A DNA stretch of 64,000 nucleotides from an uncultured Verrucomicrobiae bacterium (GTDB lineage: Bacteria; Verrucomicrobiota; Verrucomicrobiia; Limisphaerales; Palsa-1400), in contig CAVPOM010000004.1 of the NCBI GenBank assembly GCA_963707025.1, forward strand, positions 768,001 to 832,000. Reading direction: 5' to 3'. Below are positions 10,687 through 20,243 of the stretch, in pieces. The first letter of the stretch is position 1. Each line of letters opens with the position of its first letter. The notes beneath the pieces were generated by a model. That model was not told where the DNA came from. It made no database searches and was given only the letters and a program-made list of their open reading frames with translations. Both the position numbers and the translations under genes were made by a program.

Positions 10687-12006
10687 CTATTTCGGCGGGG
10701 CGGCGGGCGCGGTGTTGGTGACAGCCAACGCGGTGTTGGTGGCGGGCGCGGCGATGTTGGTGGCGGGCGCGGCGATGTTGGTGGCGGGCGGCACGTCCAA
10801 AAGGCCGGGCATTTCCGCGTCCGGCTTGGACCGGCCGGGCGGCTCGGCGCCGGTTTTTGCGGCGGGGGTTTCTTCTTTTTTATCAACGAAAAGTTGGGAG
10901 CGGTCGCGGATCAAGGGGTCCACCAAACTGGGAGTGACCAGGTAAACCCACTGGGCGAAGGACTTTTCCTTGGCGAGCTTGTCCTTCAGTTCCTTGGTTT
11001 TGTCCTGGAATTCCTTGTCCAGTTTTTGTTTGTCCTCGGGTTTTTCATCCTTGCCGGCGGCGCGCTCGGCGGGGATGTCGGCGGCCACGGCTACTGTCAA
11101 GTATAAATTATTCTCGGGCGTCTTGCCCCCAACCTTCAGGTTGTAGGTGAAATGGTCGAAGGTGCCCAGCGTCACGGCCAGGGGGTGGTCCAGGCCGGTC
11201 ACGGCGGGGGCGGTGTTGGAGGCGACGTCCACGAAGCTGGCGTAGCTGAGGGTGCCGGCCAGGGAGGAGACCTTGTTGGAATCGAGCACCTCGCCGGCGT
11301 TGGTGGCGGCCAGGACCCAGGGGGCGGACTCGGATTCGCGGGTGAGTTTCCAGGAATTGGTCGCGTTGGTGGAGACGAGGGAGACGGATTGAAGCTTGTC
11401 AATTTTGAAGAAATCGCGGTCCAGCCAGGATTCGGGGTTGACCTCGATGGAGTCCAACGTGTCGGAGACGAGAAGAAGGTCTTTGGGGTCATTGGAGAGC
11501 AGGAGGTAGCGGCCATCGGGATATTCACCGCCGCCGCCAAAAGGGGATGGGCTGGTGGATTGTTGGGTGTGTTTTTTGCCGAGGAGAAAGGATTGGATGG
11601 TTTTGCCCTGTTTGTCCATAAACTCGACCAGCGTGCCGGAGTTGGTCCCTTTGCCGGGCGGCTCCAGTTCCATGCGGCCCAGTTGGGAGGGGCCGATGGT
11701 CTCGGACTGGGAAATTTTCAGGTCGAGCATTTTAATGAGCAAGTCGCGGATTTGGGAGAGGTTGGCGGGATAATCGGCCCGTTCCTGCACGCCCCAGACG
11801 CCGTCTTTGGCGGCCAGGTGGAGGTCGGAGGCGGCTTTGACGTGGATGGTGGCGACGTCGTTGAGGGGGAAGTCGGGGAAAAGCTTCTGGCCCATCTTGC
11901 CCTGGGGCCGGGACCAGGAGCTGTCTTTGTGGTTCATCAAAACCAAACCCGCGCCACCCAGAATGACGAGCGCGAGGAAAATCAGGATCAATTGTTTGCG
12001 ATTCAT
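10687..12006 (-). CDS. DUF4340-like protein of Gld-type ABC operon
   Basis: ATG 12006 with N-terminal TM segment, last gene of ABC/GldG cluster; C-terminal PATNIAA repeats. Confidence 0.7.
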   Translation of the reverse strand: MNRKQLILIFLALVILGGAGLVLMNHKDSSWSRPQGKMGQKLFPDFPLNDVATIHVKAASDLHLAAKDGVWGVQERADYPANLSQIRDLLIKMLDLKISQSETIGPSQLGRMELEPPGKGTNSGTLVEFMDKQGKTIQSFLLGKKHTQQSTSPSPFGGGGEYPDGRYLLLSNDPKDLLLVSDTLDSIEVNPESWLDRDFFKIDKLQSVSLVSTNATNSWKLTRESESAPWVLAATNAGEVLDSNKVSSLAGTLSYASFVDVASNTAPAVTGLDHPLAVTLGTFDHFTYNLKVGGKTPENNLYLTVAVAADIPAERAAGKDEKPEDKQKLDKEFQDKTKELKDKLAKEKSFAQWVYLVTPSLVDPLIRDRSQLFVDKKEETPAAKTGAEPPGRSKPDAEMPGLLDVPPATNIAAPATNIAAPATNTALAVTNTAPAAPPK

Positions 12007-13901
12007 TTGGCCGCGGTTCTTTTGCGTTTCACAACAGAGAGGACAATGCCGGTCAGGGTTACCAGGGCGGGCACGGCGCCGATGTTGAGGGCCCGGATCC
12101 TGGTTTCGAGAGAGTCGGTGTCTTTGCGCAGGTTTTTCTGGACTTGCCGTGTTTGCTTCCTGTAGTCGGCCACGGCGTCCTCGAATTTCTTCAGTTCGGC
12201 GCGCTGCTCCGGGGAGAAGAAACCCTGCTGCGCGGCAGCGGGTTTGCTGGCCTGCAATTCGTTGATCTTTTGCTGGGTGGCGTTTTGCAACGTCTCCAAT
12301 TCCTTGAGTTTGTCCTGCCATTGCTTGCCGGCGTTGGCCTCCAGTGCCTGGAGCCGGGTGAAGGGGCGGTTGAGGCCGCCCCGGCTGCGGACGGCGATCA
12401 AATCGCTGTCGCCGGCCAGTTGCTCGACGGCATTGAGGAGAAGGTTGATGTTGCCGTTGACGGGTTGGGCGATGCGAAGGCTGCCCAGGTTGCCCACGCT
12501 GAAGGCAACGTTGTCGGCCAAAAAGTCGGTGTCGGCCACCAGAATGACGGCGGTGTTGGGGGATTGTTTAAGCAGGTTGGTATCCGTGGCGGCCGGCTTG
12601 GGTTCGTCCTTGCCCGGGGTGGTTTCGGGGGGCATGCCTTCGGGAAAGGCGGTTTTGAATTTGCCGGTGAGACGGAGGGCGAGGGCGTAATGGAGGCCGG
12701 TGCCTTTGAAGTCTTTGAGAATCTGTTCGCCGTTCATGCCGGCGGTGATGCTTTCCACCAATTCGGCGTTGGTGGAAGTTTGCGCCAGGACGGTTTCGGT
12801 CAGGCCCTCGGCCGGCTTGCCGGTGAAGGCGCCGGGGAAGGGGAATTCGAGGGTGTCAATCTGGCTGGTGACGGGGTCGTCTTCGTTGACGCCGGCGCGG
12901 GTGACGAGGGGAACGGTGGGCATGGCACCCTGGGGAAAGCGGACGCAAGAGCTGGCGTCGGCGACAACTTTGTTCGCGTCCATGTCCAGGCCCCAGGCTT
13001 TGAGGAGTTTGGGCAGGGAGGATTGGCCGGAGCTTTCGCCCAGGACTTGGGCCATTTGGTCGTGTTTTTGATCGAAGAAGGCGTGCGGGTCGAGAAAGGC
13101 GATCATTTTGCCGCCGCGCATGACGAATTGATCCAGGGCGAATTGGGCGGCGTCGGTGATGTCGCGCGGATGATCCACGATGAGCACCTTGATCTTGGCG
13201 TCAATATTGGTGGCGGTCATGGGAACTTCCTCCACCGTGTACTCTTTTTTAAGTTCGGAGACAAAGACGGCGGGTTGCTGGGCCTGCTGGCCCATGCGCT
13301 GGAGCATGGGATTGGGCTCTTCGCCCATGACGGGCAAGGCGCTCATGAGGCCGATGGTGGCGGGTTCCGGATTGATGACGCGGCTGATAGCGCGGGAGAT
13401 TTCGTATTCGAGCAGCCGTTCGCGGCCGGGATTGCGCGCGATGTCCAACCAGGAAGGGATGGCCACTTTGTTGTCAAGCTGGCTGATGCCCAGGCCCAGG
13501 TAAATGTGATCGCCGCCCATTTCAATGGACTGGCCTTCCACGCCGTTGAGACGGGCGGAATCCTCCGCGTCGGAATCGGGTTTGGGATCGTATTTTTCCA
13601 GGAGGATCCGGCCTTTGCCGGCCTGCTCATATTCGCCCAGGAGATCCTCGATTTCCTGGGCGTAAGGCTTGAGTTCGGGGGGCATGTCGGCCTGGCTGCA
13701 ATAATAGCGCAGGGTGACGGGGGAATCGAGTTTGCCCAGGATGTGGCGGGTGCCGGCGGAGAGGGTGTAGGCCTTTTCGGCGGTCAGATCCAGACGCGTC
13801 TTGAAGGCGCTGGTGACGACATAGAAGGCGATGAGGAGGACGAACATCGCCGCCACGCCGGCGGTGGAGTAAAGAATGGCTTCAACGTTTTTTTCCTTCA
13901 T
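12003..13901 (-). CDS. GldG-like ABC transporter auxiliary component
   Basis: RLDLTAEKAYTLSAGT, LEYEISRAI, LDQFVMRGG; likely ATG at 13901 within the longer listed ORF. Confidence 0.85.
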   Translation of the reverse strand: MKEKNVEAILYSTAGVAAMFVLLIAFYVVTSAFKTRLDLTAEKAYTLSAGTRHILGKLDSPVTLRYYCSQADMPPELKPYAQEIEDLLGEYEQAGKGRILLEKYDPKPDSDAEDSARLNGVEGQSIEMGGDHIYLGLGISQLDNKVAIPSWLDIARNPGRERLLEYEISRAISRVINPEPATIGLMSALPVMGEEPNPMLQRMGQQAQQPAVFVSELKKEYTVEEVPMTATNIDAKIKVLIVDHPRDITDAAQFALDQFVMRGGKMIAFLDPHAFFDQKHDQMAQVLGESSGQSSLPKLLKAWGLDMDANKVVADASSCVRFPQGAMPTVPLVTRAGVNEDDPVTSQIDTLEFPFPGAFTGKPAEGLTETVLAQTSTNAELVESITAGMNGEQILKDFKGTGLHYALALRLTGKFKTAFPEGMPPETTPGKDEPKPAATDTNLLKQSPNTAVILVADTDFLADNVAFSVGNLGSLRIAQPVNGNINLLLNAVEQLAGDSDLIAVRSRGGLNRPFTRLQALEANAGKQWQDKLKELETLQNATQQKINELQASKPAAAQQGFFSPEQRAELKKFEDAVADYRKQTRQVQKNLRKDTDSLETRIRALNIGAVPALVTLTGIVLSVVKRKRTAAK

Positions 13902-13915
13902 AGCTTTGGCAAATT

Positions 13916-14665
13916 TCAACCGGAGCGGTGGCTGCGGAGAATGACGCCCGTGGTGAAAAGGGAGAACCCAATGACGGAGAGGAAGAAAATGAAATCGCGC
14001 GAGTCCAGCAGCCCTTTGCTGAAGGTATTGAAATGGGTCATCACGCTGAAGGAGGCGACCAGGTTGACCAGCCAGGGCTTGTCCAGGAAGGATTGGAGGA
14101 ATTGGATGACCGGACGGAAGCCGCACAGGACCAGGAACAGGCAGATGACGACCGAGAGGATGAAACTGACGACCTGGTTGCGGGTCATGGCCGAGGTCAT
14201 GCAACTGATGGCCAGGTAGGCGCCGGCCATGAGGAAACTGCCCACGTAGGCGGTGAAGATGACGCCGTTGTCGGGCGAGCCGAGATAGTTGACCGTGATG
14301 ACGACCGGGAAGGTCAGGAAAAGGGCCAGGGCGAGAAAGAGCCAGGAGGCCAGGAACTTGCCGGCGATGGCCTGCCAGGCGGTGACCGGCATTGTCAATA
14401 ACAACTCCAAGGTGCCGACGCGCCGTTCCTCGGCCCAGAGGCGCATGCCAACGGCCGGCACCAGGAACAGGTAGAACCAGGGATGCCACAAAAAGAAGGA
14501 GCCGTCCAGGCTGGCCTGGCCGCGCTCGAAGAACCCGCCGAGGTAGAAGGTGAAAAAGCCGGTCAAGAGCAGAAAAATGACGATAAAGACGTAGGCGACG
14601 GGCGAACCGAAATAGCCGCTCAGTTCGCGCTTGGCGATGGTCTTGATGTTGCCGAAGGAGTTCAT
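13916..14665 (-). CDS. ABC-2 permease (GldF-like)
   Basis: KRELSGYF.SP.AY, MRLWAEERR.GTLELLLT.P. Confidence 0.9.
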   Translation of the reverse strand: MNSFGNIKTIAKRELSGYFGSPVAYVFIVIFLLLTGFFTFYLGGFFERGQASLDGSFFLWHPWFYLFLVPAVGMRLWAEERRVGTLELLLTMPVTAWQAIAGKFLASWLFLALALFLTFPVVITVNYLGSPDNGVIFTAYVGSFLMAGAYLAISCMTSAMTRNQVVSFILSVVICLFLVLCGFRPVIQFLQSFLDKPWLVNLVASFSVMTHFNTFSKGLLDSRDFIFFLSVIGFSLFTTGVILRSHRSG

Positions 14666-15621
14666 GGCGCGGCCTCCTTGCCCGTGTCCGGAAGGGTGAT
14701 GCTGCGGAAGACTTCGTCCAGACGGCCTTCGTCGGTGCGGACTTCCTCCACCTGCCAGCCGGAGGCGGCGGCGGCGACCAGGCGGGCCAGTTCGCCGTTT
14801 TGCTCGACCGTTTTGGGATAGACCCGGGCGCAGACTTTGCCTTTTTCCTCCTTGACGATGGTGGTTTTGCGGGCGCCGGGCAGGCTGGAGAGCCGTTCGA
14901 CGACGAGGTGTCCCGCCACGCCGCGGGCGATGAGCAGGACGGTTCCGGCCATTTCGGATTTGGCTTTGAGTTGCTGGGGCGTGCCGTTGGCCACGATCTG
15001 GCCCCGATCAATGATGATGGCCCGGGAACAGGCCGCTTCGACCTCCTCCAGGATATGCGTGGAAAAAATGATGGCCTTGCGCTCGCCCATGCGGCGGATC
15101 AAGCCGCGCACCTCATGTTTTTGATTGGGGTCCAGCCCGTCGGTCGGCTCGTCCATCACCAGGATCGGCGGGTCGTGAAGGATGGCCTGGGCGAAGCAGG
15201 TGCGATGACGGTAGCCTTTGGAGAGAGTGTCCACGCTTTGGAACCGGACCGATTGGAGGAAGCACATTTCGACAACGTCGTTGACCGCCTTGGTTTTGGC
15301 GCCGCCCCGGAAGCCGCGCAGTTCGGCGCAGAAGCTGAGGAAGCCCTCCACGGTCATGTCGGTGTAAGCCGGGGCATTTTCCGGCAGGTAGCCGATGAGG
15401 CGTTTGGCGGGGAGGGGATCGTTGACGATGTCAAACCCGCCGACGGTGACCTTGCCGGCGGTGGGGGGGATGAAGCCGGTGATCATCCGCATGGTGGTGG
15501 ATTTGCCGGCGCCGTTGGGGCCGAGAAATCCGAGCACTTCGCCCCGCTCCACCGTGAAGGAGACATCATTGACGGCCAGTTTAGGGCCGAACGACTTGCT
15601 CAAATGTTCAACTTTAATCAT
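14662..15621 (-). CDS. ABC transporter ATP-binding protein (GldA-like)
   Basis: GPNGAGKST, LSKG, DEPT. Confidence 0.93.
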   Translation of the reverse strand: MIKVEHLSKSFGPKLAVNDVSFTVERGEVLGFLGPNGAGKSTTMRMITGFIPPTAGKVTVGGFDIVNDPLPAKRLIGYLPENAPAYTDMTVEGFLSFCAELRGFRGGAKTKAVNDVVEMCFLQSVRFQSVDTLSKGYRHRTCFAQAILHDPPILVMDEPTDGLDPNQKHEVRGLIRRMGERKAIIFSTHILEEVEAACSRAIIIDRGQIVANGTPQQLKAKSEMAGTVLLIARGVAGHLVVERLSSLPGARKTTIVKEEKGKVCARVYPKTVEQNGELARLVAAAASGWQVEEVRTDEGRLDEVFRSITLPDTGKEAAP

Positions 15622-15799
15622 TCCAAATTCTCCGATGTTGGCCAGGCTGGCCTGGCATTAAACCGACTAATTAGCGGCGGCGGCGCTCAAAATCAAGTTT
15701 TCCCGGCCAACGGTAGTTTGACAAGATGGGGAAAAAATGTTCAATAATTTTTTTGCACGGATTTTCTCTTTTGGGGGCCACCCCCCTGGGGTCCGGAAG

Positions 15800-15856
15800 T
15801 GAAACTAGCTGAAACCAGGTGAAATTAGGTGAAACCAGGTGAAATTAACTGAAATC
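15800..15856. repeat. Six tandem 10-bp units TGAAAYYRRN
   Basis: TGAAACTAGC TGAAACCAGG TGAAATTAGG TGAAACCAGG TGAAATTAAC TGAAATC. Confidence 0.85.
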
Positions 15857-16130
15857 GAAGTGACATGAGTGAGCGGCGGCAAAGTTGCAGGGGCGGCCGC
15901 TTCCGCGGCGCCGCCGGCCTGCCCTGTTCTGACGTTTCTGCGCATGCCATCTTTTCCTTAGTCAGAGGGTAGCATTTAGGGGATGGGCATGTCAAATTTT
16001 ATTTTAGGTAAGAAGCGGGCGGTGGAACGGTTCAGGCGAGCCGGCCGAGGAGGATGACAGCCAGAACGGCAGCGGCGGCGGACCAAAACAGCGCCACAGA
16101 TGACGGTAAAAAGCCAGTTGTAACTCAGTT

Positions 16131-16379
16131 TCATGCCCCCTTCTTTGGGGGGGCTTGACCCGGGAGGGCAATTCCCTGCGGAGGATGGGCAGGCCCGTAG
16201 GGGATGAACGTGGCCCAGGTCTTGCCGGACTCCATCTCGAATTGCGCGGTGCGGCCCGGGATGGGCGGGATGTGGAGCAGGATATGGCAGCTTGGACATT
16301 GGATCTGCCGGCCGGAAAACTGTTCGTCACACAACAGGTGTTGCCGGCATTGGGGACATTCGAATTTGAAGTCGCTCAT
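16131..16379 (-). CDS. Small zinc-ribbon protein
   Basis: FKFECPQC...IQCPSC. Confidence 0.7.
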   Translation of the reverse strand: MSDFKFECPQCRQHLLCDEQFSGRQIQCPSCHILLHIPPIPGRTAQFEMESGKTWATFIPYGPAHPPQGIALPGQAPPKKGA

Positions 16380-16657
16380 GGGTGTTGGATTTTAAATTCA
16401 ACGGATACTAACGCGGCAGTGTCCCTGTTGCAAGGGGGCGAATTGGCGGCAAAATCACACACTGCGGATGCACCGCCGTCGTCTCACCCGCCTGACGAAT
16501 GCCTTTTCCAGAAAGCTGGAAAATTTTAAAGCTGCGGTCGCGCTTAATTTCGCGTATTACAACTTCTGCAAAATGCACTTGGCGATTCGATGCACCCCGG
16601 CAATGGCGGCAGGCATCGAACCGAGCCAATGGACGGTTGCGGAACTGGTTGAACGCT

Positions 16658-16966
16658 GTGGCGAAAAGAGAATATATCGAACGGTTGCAGAGCGTGATTT
16701 TACACCTCTACGCCTGCAAGGCGGCATGGGTTGAAACCGTGCCTGTCCATGAGGTCTTTCGCGGCCAGACAGCCTGGAAAGGCTTTGTGGAGGTTTTCAC
16801 CCTGTCTGGACACCCCAAAGCCAAGAAAGCCTACGCCTGGAGCCATGCAGAGGGCAAAGACGACAAGGGAGAGCGATTCGTGACCGTACTGGAAATACCG
16901 GCCGTCGAATCCCCGCAAACGGCGGTCAAAGTGGCGATTGCGGCGGAAGTGAGGGGGAAGAAATGA
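16658..16966 (+). CDS. Hypothetical passenger protein
   Basis: GTG 16658, VPVHEVFRGQTAWKGFVEVF...AYAWSH. Confidence 0.7.
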   Translation: MAKREYIERLQSVILHLYACKAAWVETVPVHEVFRGQTAWKGFVEVFTLSGHPKAKKAYAWSHAEGKDDKGERFVTVLEIPAVESPQTAVKVAIAAEVRGKK

Positions 16967-17127
16967 ACATAAAAGCACTATTGCCTAATGTTATGGTGGC
17001 GATGGTGTGCGCGGCTGGGTTGGTGTTCACTTTAATCACTCGCAGTATCTTCGGCGTCATTTTCTGGGCTATTGCCTTTTTTTGCTGCATTAGGTCGGCA
17101 ATCAAACAGGCAAAAAAGCCAAATTAG
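16963..17127 (+). CDS. 54-aa small membrane protein
   Basis: ATGA overlap with previous stop; two hydrophobic stretches. Confidence 0.5.
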   Translation: MNIKALLPNVMVAMVCAAGLVFTLITRSIFGVIFWAIAFFCCIRSAIKQAKKPN

Positions 17128-17244
17128 GACACTACCCAATGGCGGGCATTGGAGGCAGGGGGTGCCGATCACCCGTGGAGCTTGGAAGAAATCGTTAGAT
17201 TGCTGGCTTGAATTTCTATTGGCCGGGATGATAAGCTTAGTCAA

Positions 17245-17484
17245 GTGAAGCGGTACAGAGCATACGATACTGCGGCAGCCATTGTAACGGCAGCAGGGGT
17301 TCTTTCTCTGGTAGGCGTCTATCTCCCAATTCTCAACCCCGGATTTTACCAAGTCAGCCTGCACCAAAAAAGTCTTCCTTCGATTGGGCATTACATTATA
17401 GGGACACCAATTGCACTTTTCATCTTGGCCGTTGGCTGGCATTTGAATCGAAAAGCAGAGCAACTGAGGAAAAACGGGAAATAG
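17245..17484 (+). CDS. Small two-TM hypothetical protein
   Basis: 79-aa ORF between a second IS1-like C-terminal scrap (17161-17211) and an end motif at 17490-17506. Confidence 0.55.
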   Translation: MKRYRAYDTAAAIVTAAGVLSLVGVYLPILNPGFYQVSLHQKSLPSIGHYIIGTPIALFILAVGWHLNRKAEQLRKNGK

Positions 17485-17729
17485 AACTCCAAACTGTACC
17501 ACTGCCAAATGGCGGGTAATGGCCTAACTTGATGGTTGTAGTGTCGGCGTCCTGTCCGTCGTAGCCTTGGCGAAGGGGGATGTGCGCCCAGATCGAGCCA
17601 CAGGCTCGACGATACAACAAATTAGCGGCCCGCGCGAGGCACCCGGGCGGCACGCAATACCCGGGTTCGCGGAAAAAAGGCAGAACAAAAACTGGCGAAG
17701 CTGGCCATAATTTGCTATTCTAAAAGCAA

Positions 17730-20243
17730 ATGAAGCCCTTGCGCCGTTTGTTTTTCTTGCCCTGGCTGGCGGGAGCGCTCATTTTCGCATGGGAAAGCCC
17801 TGATGCGCGCGCGGACGGGACGGCGGGAGTGGCGCAATTTCACAAGAACGTCCAGCCCATTTTGCAGGAATACTGCTACGAGTGCCACGGGGACGGGATG
17901 AACAAGGGCGACGTGGCCTTCGATGAGTTGAACTCCAACGACGAGATTCTCAATCGCGAGTTGTGGAGCAAAGTGATGAAGTACCTGCGCGCCGGGATCA
18001 TGCCGCCGCCGAAGGCGCCGCGCCCCCGCGCCGCGGAGCAAAAGGTGCTGGAGGATTGGGTCAAAGGCGAGGCGTTCGGGATTGACCCGAAGAATCCGGA
18101 TCCCGGCCGGGTGACGCTGCGGCGGCTGAACCGGGTGGAGTATCGCAACACGATCCGGGATTTGATGGGGGTGGATTTCAACACGGATGAGGAGTTTCCG
18201 CCGGACGATACGGGCTACGGATTCGACGATATCGGAGATGTTCTGACGGTGTCGCCCCTGTTGCTGGAAAAATACATGGGTGCGGCCAGCGCCATTGTGG
18301 ACGAGGCGGTGCCGAAAGTGGCGAAGGTGATGCCGCAAGTCACGCTGGCCGGGAGCCGGTTTCGCGCCGGCGGGGCGGAGGCGGGCAGCGGCAGCCGGGG
18401 CGGGAAGCGCCGGGACACACCGCTGGGCTTGTCGTATTACGAGCCGGCGACGGTCTCCGCCTCCTGGAACGCGGAGCAGGCCGGGAGTTACCGGCTGGCG
18501 CTGGACTTGTCGGTGCGCGGCACGTTTGATTTCGATCCGGGCAAGTGCCGGGTCATTTTCAAAGTGGATGGGCGGGAGTTGCTGAGAAAGGAGTTTTCCT
18601 GGGAGGACAACAAGACCTTTCCGCCGTTTAATTTCCAGGAGCAATGGCAGGCGGGCGGGCATCAAATGAGCTTCGAGCTGGAACCTTTGACGCCGCTGGC
18701 ACAGAAAGTCAACTCGCTGGAAATGCGGATCAACTCCCTCACCATTCAAGGCCCGCTGGAGGAGAAGTATTGGCGGCGTCCAAAAAACTATGAGCGGTTT
18801 TTTACCAGGGATGCGCCTGAAGACGCGGCCGGGCGGCGGCAATATGCGCGGGAGGTGCTGGGCAACTTCGCCCGGAAAGCCTGGCGCCGCCCGGTGGATG
18901 GCAGGACGCTGGATCGTTTGGTGGCGCTGGCCGGCAGTGTCTCTGATCAGCCGGGGAGGAGCTTCGAGGCGGGAGTGGCCCAGGCCATGGTGGCGGTGCT
19001 GGCCTCGCCGCGGTTTCTCTTCCGGAGCGAGGCGGGTGAACCGACTGCCTCCAAGGAAGCCTACCCGTTGGTGGATGAATACTCGCTGGCCTCGCGGCTG
19101 TCCTACTTTCTGTGGTCCACCATGCCGGACGACGAGTTGTTTGGCCTGGCGGCGCGGGGTGAATTGCGCAAGAACCTGGGAGCGCAGGTGAAACGGATGC
19201 TGGCCGACCCGCGCTCCGAAGCGCTGGTGAATAATTTCACCGGCCAATGGCTGCAAGCGCGCGAGCTGGAGGGGCTGACAATTGACGCGCGGGCGGTGCT
19301 GGCCAGAGAACAGGGCGGCGGCCCGCGGGGCTTGAACCACGGAGGGAGACCGGCCAAGCCGGGCCTGGAGCTGGATGGCGAACTGCGCCACGCCATGGCG
19401 CGGGAAACGGAAATGGTCTTTTCCAGCATCCTGCACGAAGACCGCAGCCTCCTGGAGTTGATTGACAGCGACTACACCTTCCTCAACCAGAAACTGGCCG
19501 GGGCTTACGGTCTGACCAACCTGGGCGTGACCGGATCGGACATGCGCCGCGTCACCCTGCCCCCCGACAGTCCGCGGGGAGGAGTGCTGACGGAGGGAAC
19601 GGTGCTGGTGGTCACGTCAAACCCGGATCGAACCTCGCCGGTCAAGCGCGGGCTGTTTGTGCTCAACAATATTTTGGGATCGCCCCCGCCGCCCCCGCCG
19701 CCCAACGTGCCGGCGCTGGAGGCGGCGGAAAAAGATTTTCACGACCACGAGCCGACCTTGCGGGAGACGCTGAGCGCGCACCGGGACAGGCCGGAGTGCG
19801 CGTCCTGCCACTCGCGGCTGGACCCGGTGGGGCTGGCCTTCGAGAATTTCAACGCGCTGGGCCTGTGGCGCGAGCAGGAGCGCGGCCAGAAGATTGAGCC
19901 TGCAGGTCGTTTGATCACGGGCGAATCTTTCCAGAACGCGCGGGAATTGAAGCACATTTTGGCCGGCAACCATCGGGTGGAGTTTTACCGTTGTCTGACA
20001 GAGAAGATGCTCACCTATGCCACGGGCCGCGGCATGGAGTACTACGACACCGGGACGGTGGATGAGATCGTCCGGCGGCTGGAGGAGGACAACGGCCGGT
20101 CTTCCGCGCTGTTGACCGGCATCATCGAGTCGGCTCCTTTCCAAAAAGAGCGGCGCCAGGCCAACGCCACCTTGTCCGGCGCAGCCGAGCCTTCCAGAAA
20201 GAATCCTGCCGGCCCGACGGGCCGAAACCAATCCACACCATGA
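17730..20243 (+). CDS. DUF1592/PSD-domain cytochrome c-like protein
   Basis: CYECHG and CASCH haem motifs, LRRLNRVEYRNTIRDL, LSYFLWSTMPD, TSPVKRG. Confidence 0.9.
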   Translation: MKPLRRLFFLPWLAGALIFAWESPDARADGTAGVAQFHKNVQPILQEYCYECHGDGMNKGDVAFDELNSNDEILNRELWSKVMKYLRAGIMPPPKAPRPRAAEQKVLEDWVKGEAFGIDPKNPDPGRVTLRRLNRVEYRNTIRDLMGVDFNTDEEFPPDDTGYGFDDIGDVLTVSPLLLEKYMGAASAIVDEAVPKVAKVMPQVTLAGSRFRAGGAEAGSGSRGGKRRDTPLGLSYYEPATVSASWNAEQAGSYRLALDLSVRGTFDFDPGKCRVIFKVDGRELLRKEFSWEDNKTFPPFNFQEQWQAGGHQMSFELEPLTPLAQKVNSLEMRINSLTIQGPLEEKYWRRPKNYERFFTRDAPEDAAGRRQYAREVLGNFARKAWRRPVDGRTLDRLVALAGSVSDQPGRSFEAGVAQAMVAVLASPRFLFRSEAGEPTASKEAYPLVDEYSLASRLSYFLWSTMPDDELFGLAARGELRKNLGAQVKRMLADPRSEALVNNFTGQWLQARELEGLTIDARAVLAREQGGGPRGLNHGGRPAKPGLELDGELRHAMARETEMVFSSILHEDRSLLELIDSDYTFLNQKLAGAYGLTNLGVTGSDMRRVTLPPDSPRGGVLTEGTVLVVTSNPDRTSPVKRGLFVLNNILGSPPPPPPPNVPALEAAEKDFHDHEPTLRETLSAHRDRPECASCHSRLDPVGLAFENFNALGLWREQERGQKIEPAGRLITGESFQNARELKHILAGNHRVEFYRCLTEKMLTYATGRGMEYYDTGTVDEIVRRLEEDNGRSSALLTGIIESAPFQKERRQANATLSGAAEPSRKNPAGPTGRNQSTP

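Larger units (their letters stand above)
16415..17136 (+). mobile_element. Internally deleted IS1-like element with passenger genes
   Basis: Transposase C-terminal fragment RRLTRLTNAFSRKLEN...YYNFC...TPAMAAG at 16468-16660. Imperfect inverted ends GGCAGTGTCCCTGTTG and CAAATTAGGACACTACC. Confidence 0.7.

Noticed and set aside
10720..10792. 21-bp tandem repeat
   Set aside because: Encodes a low-complexity PATNIAA tail of the DUF4340-like protein; ordinary
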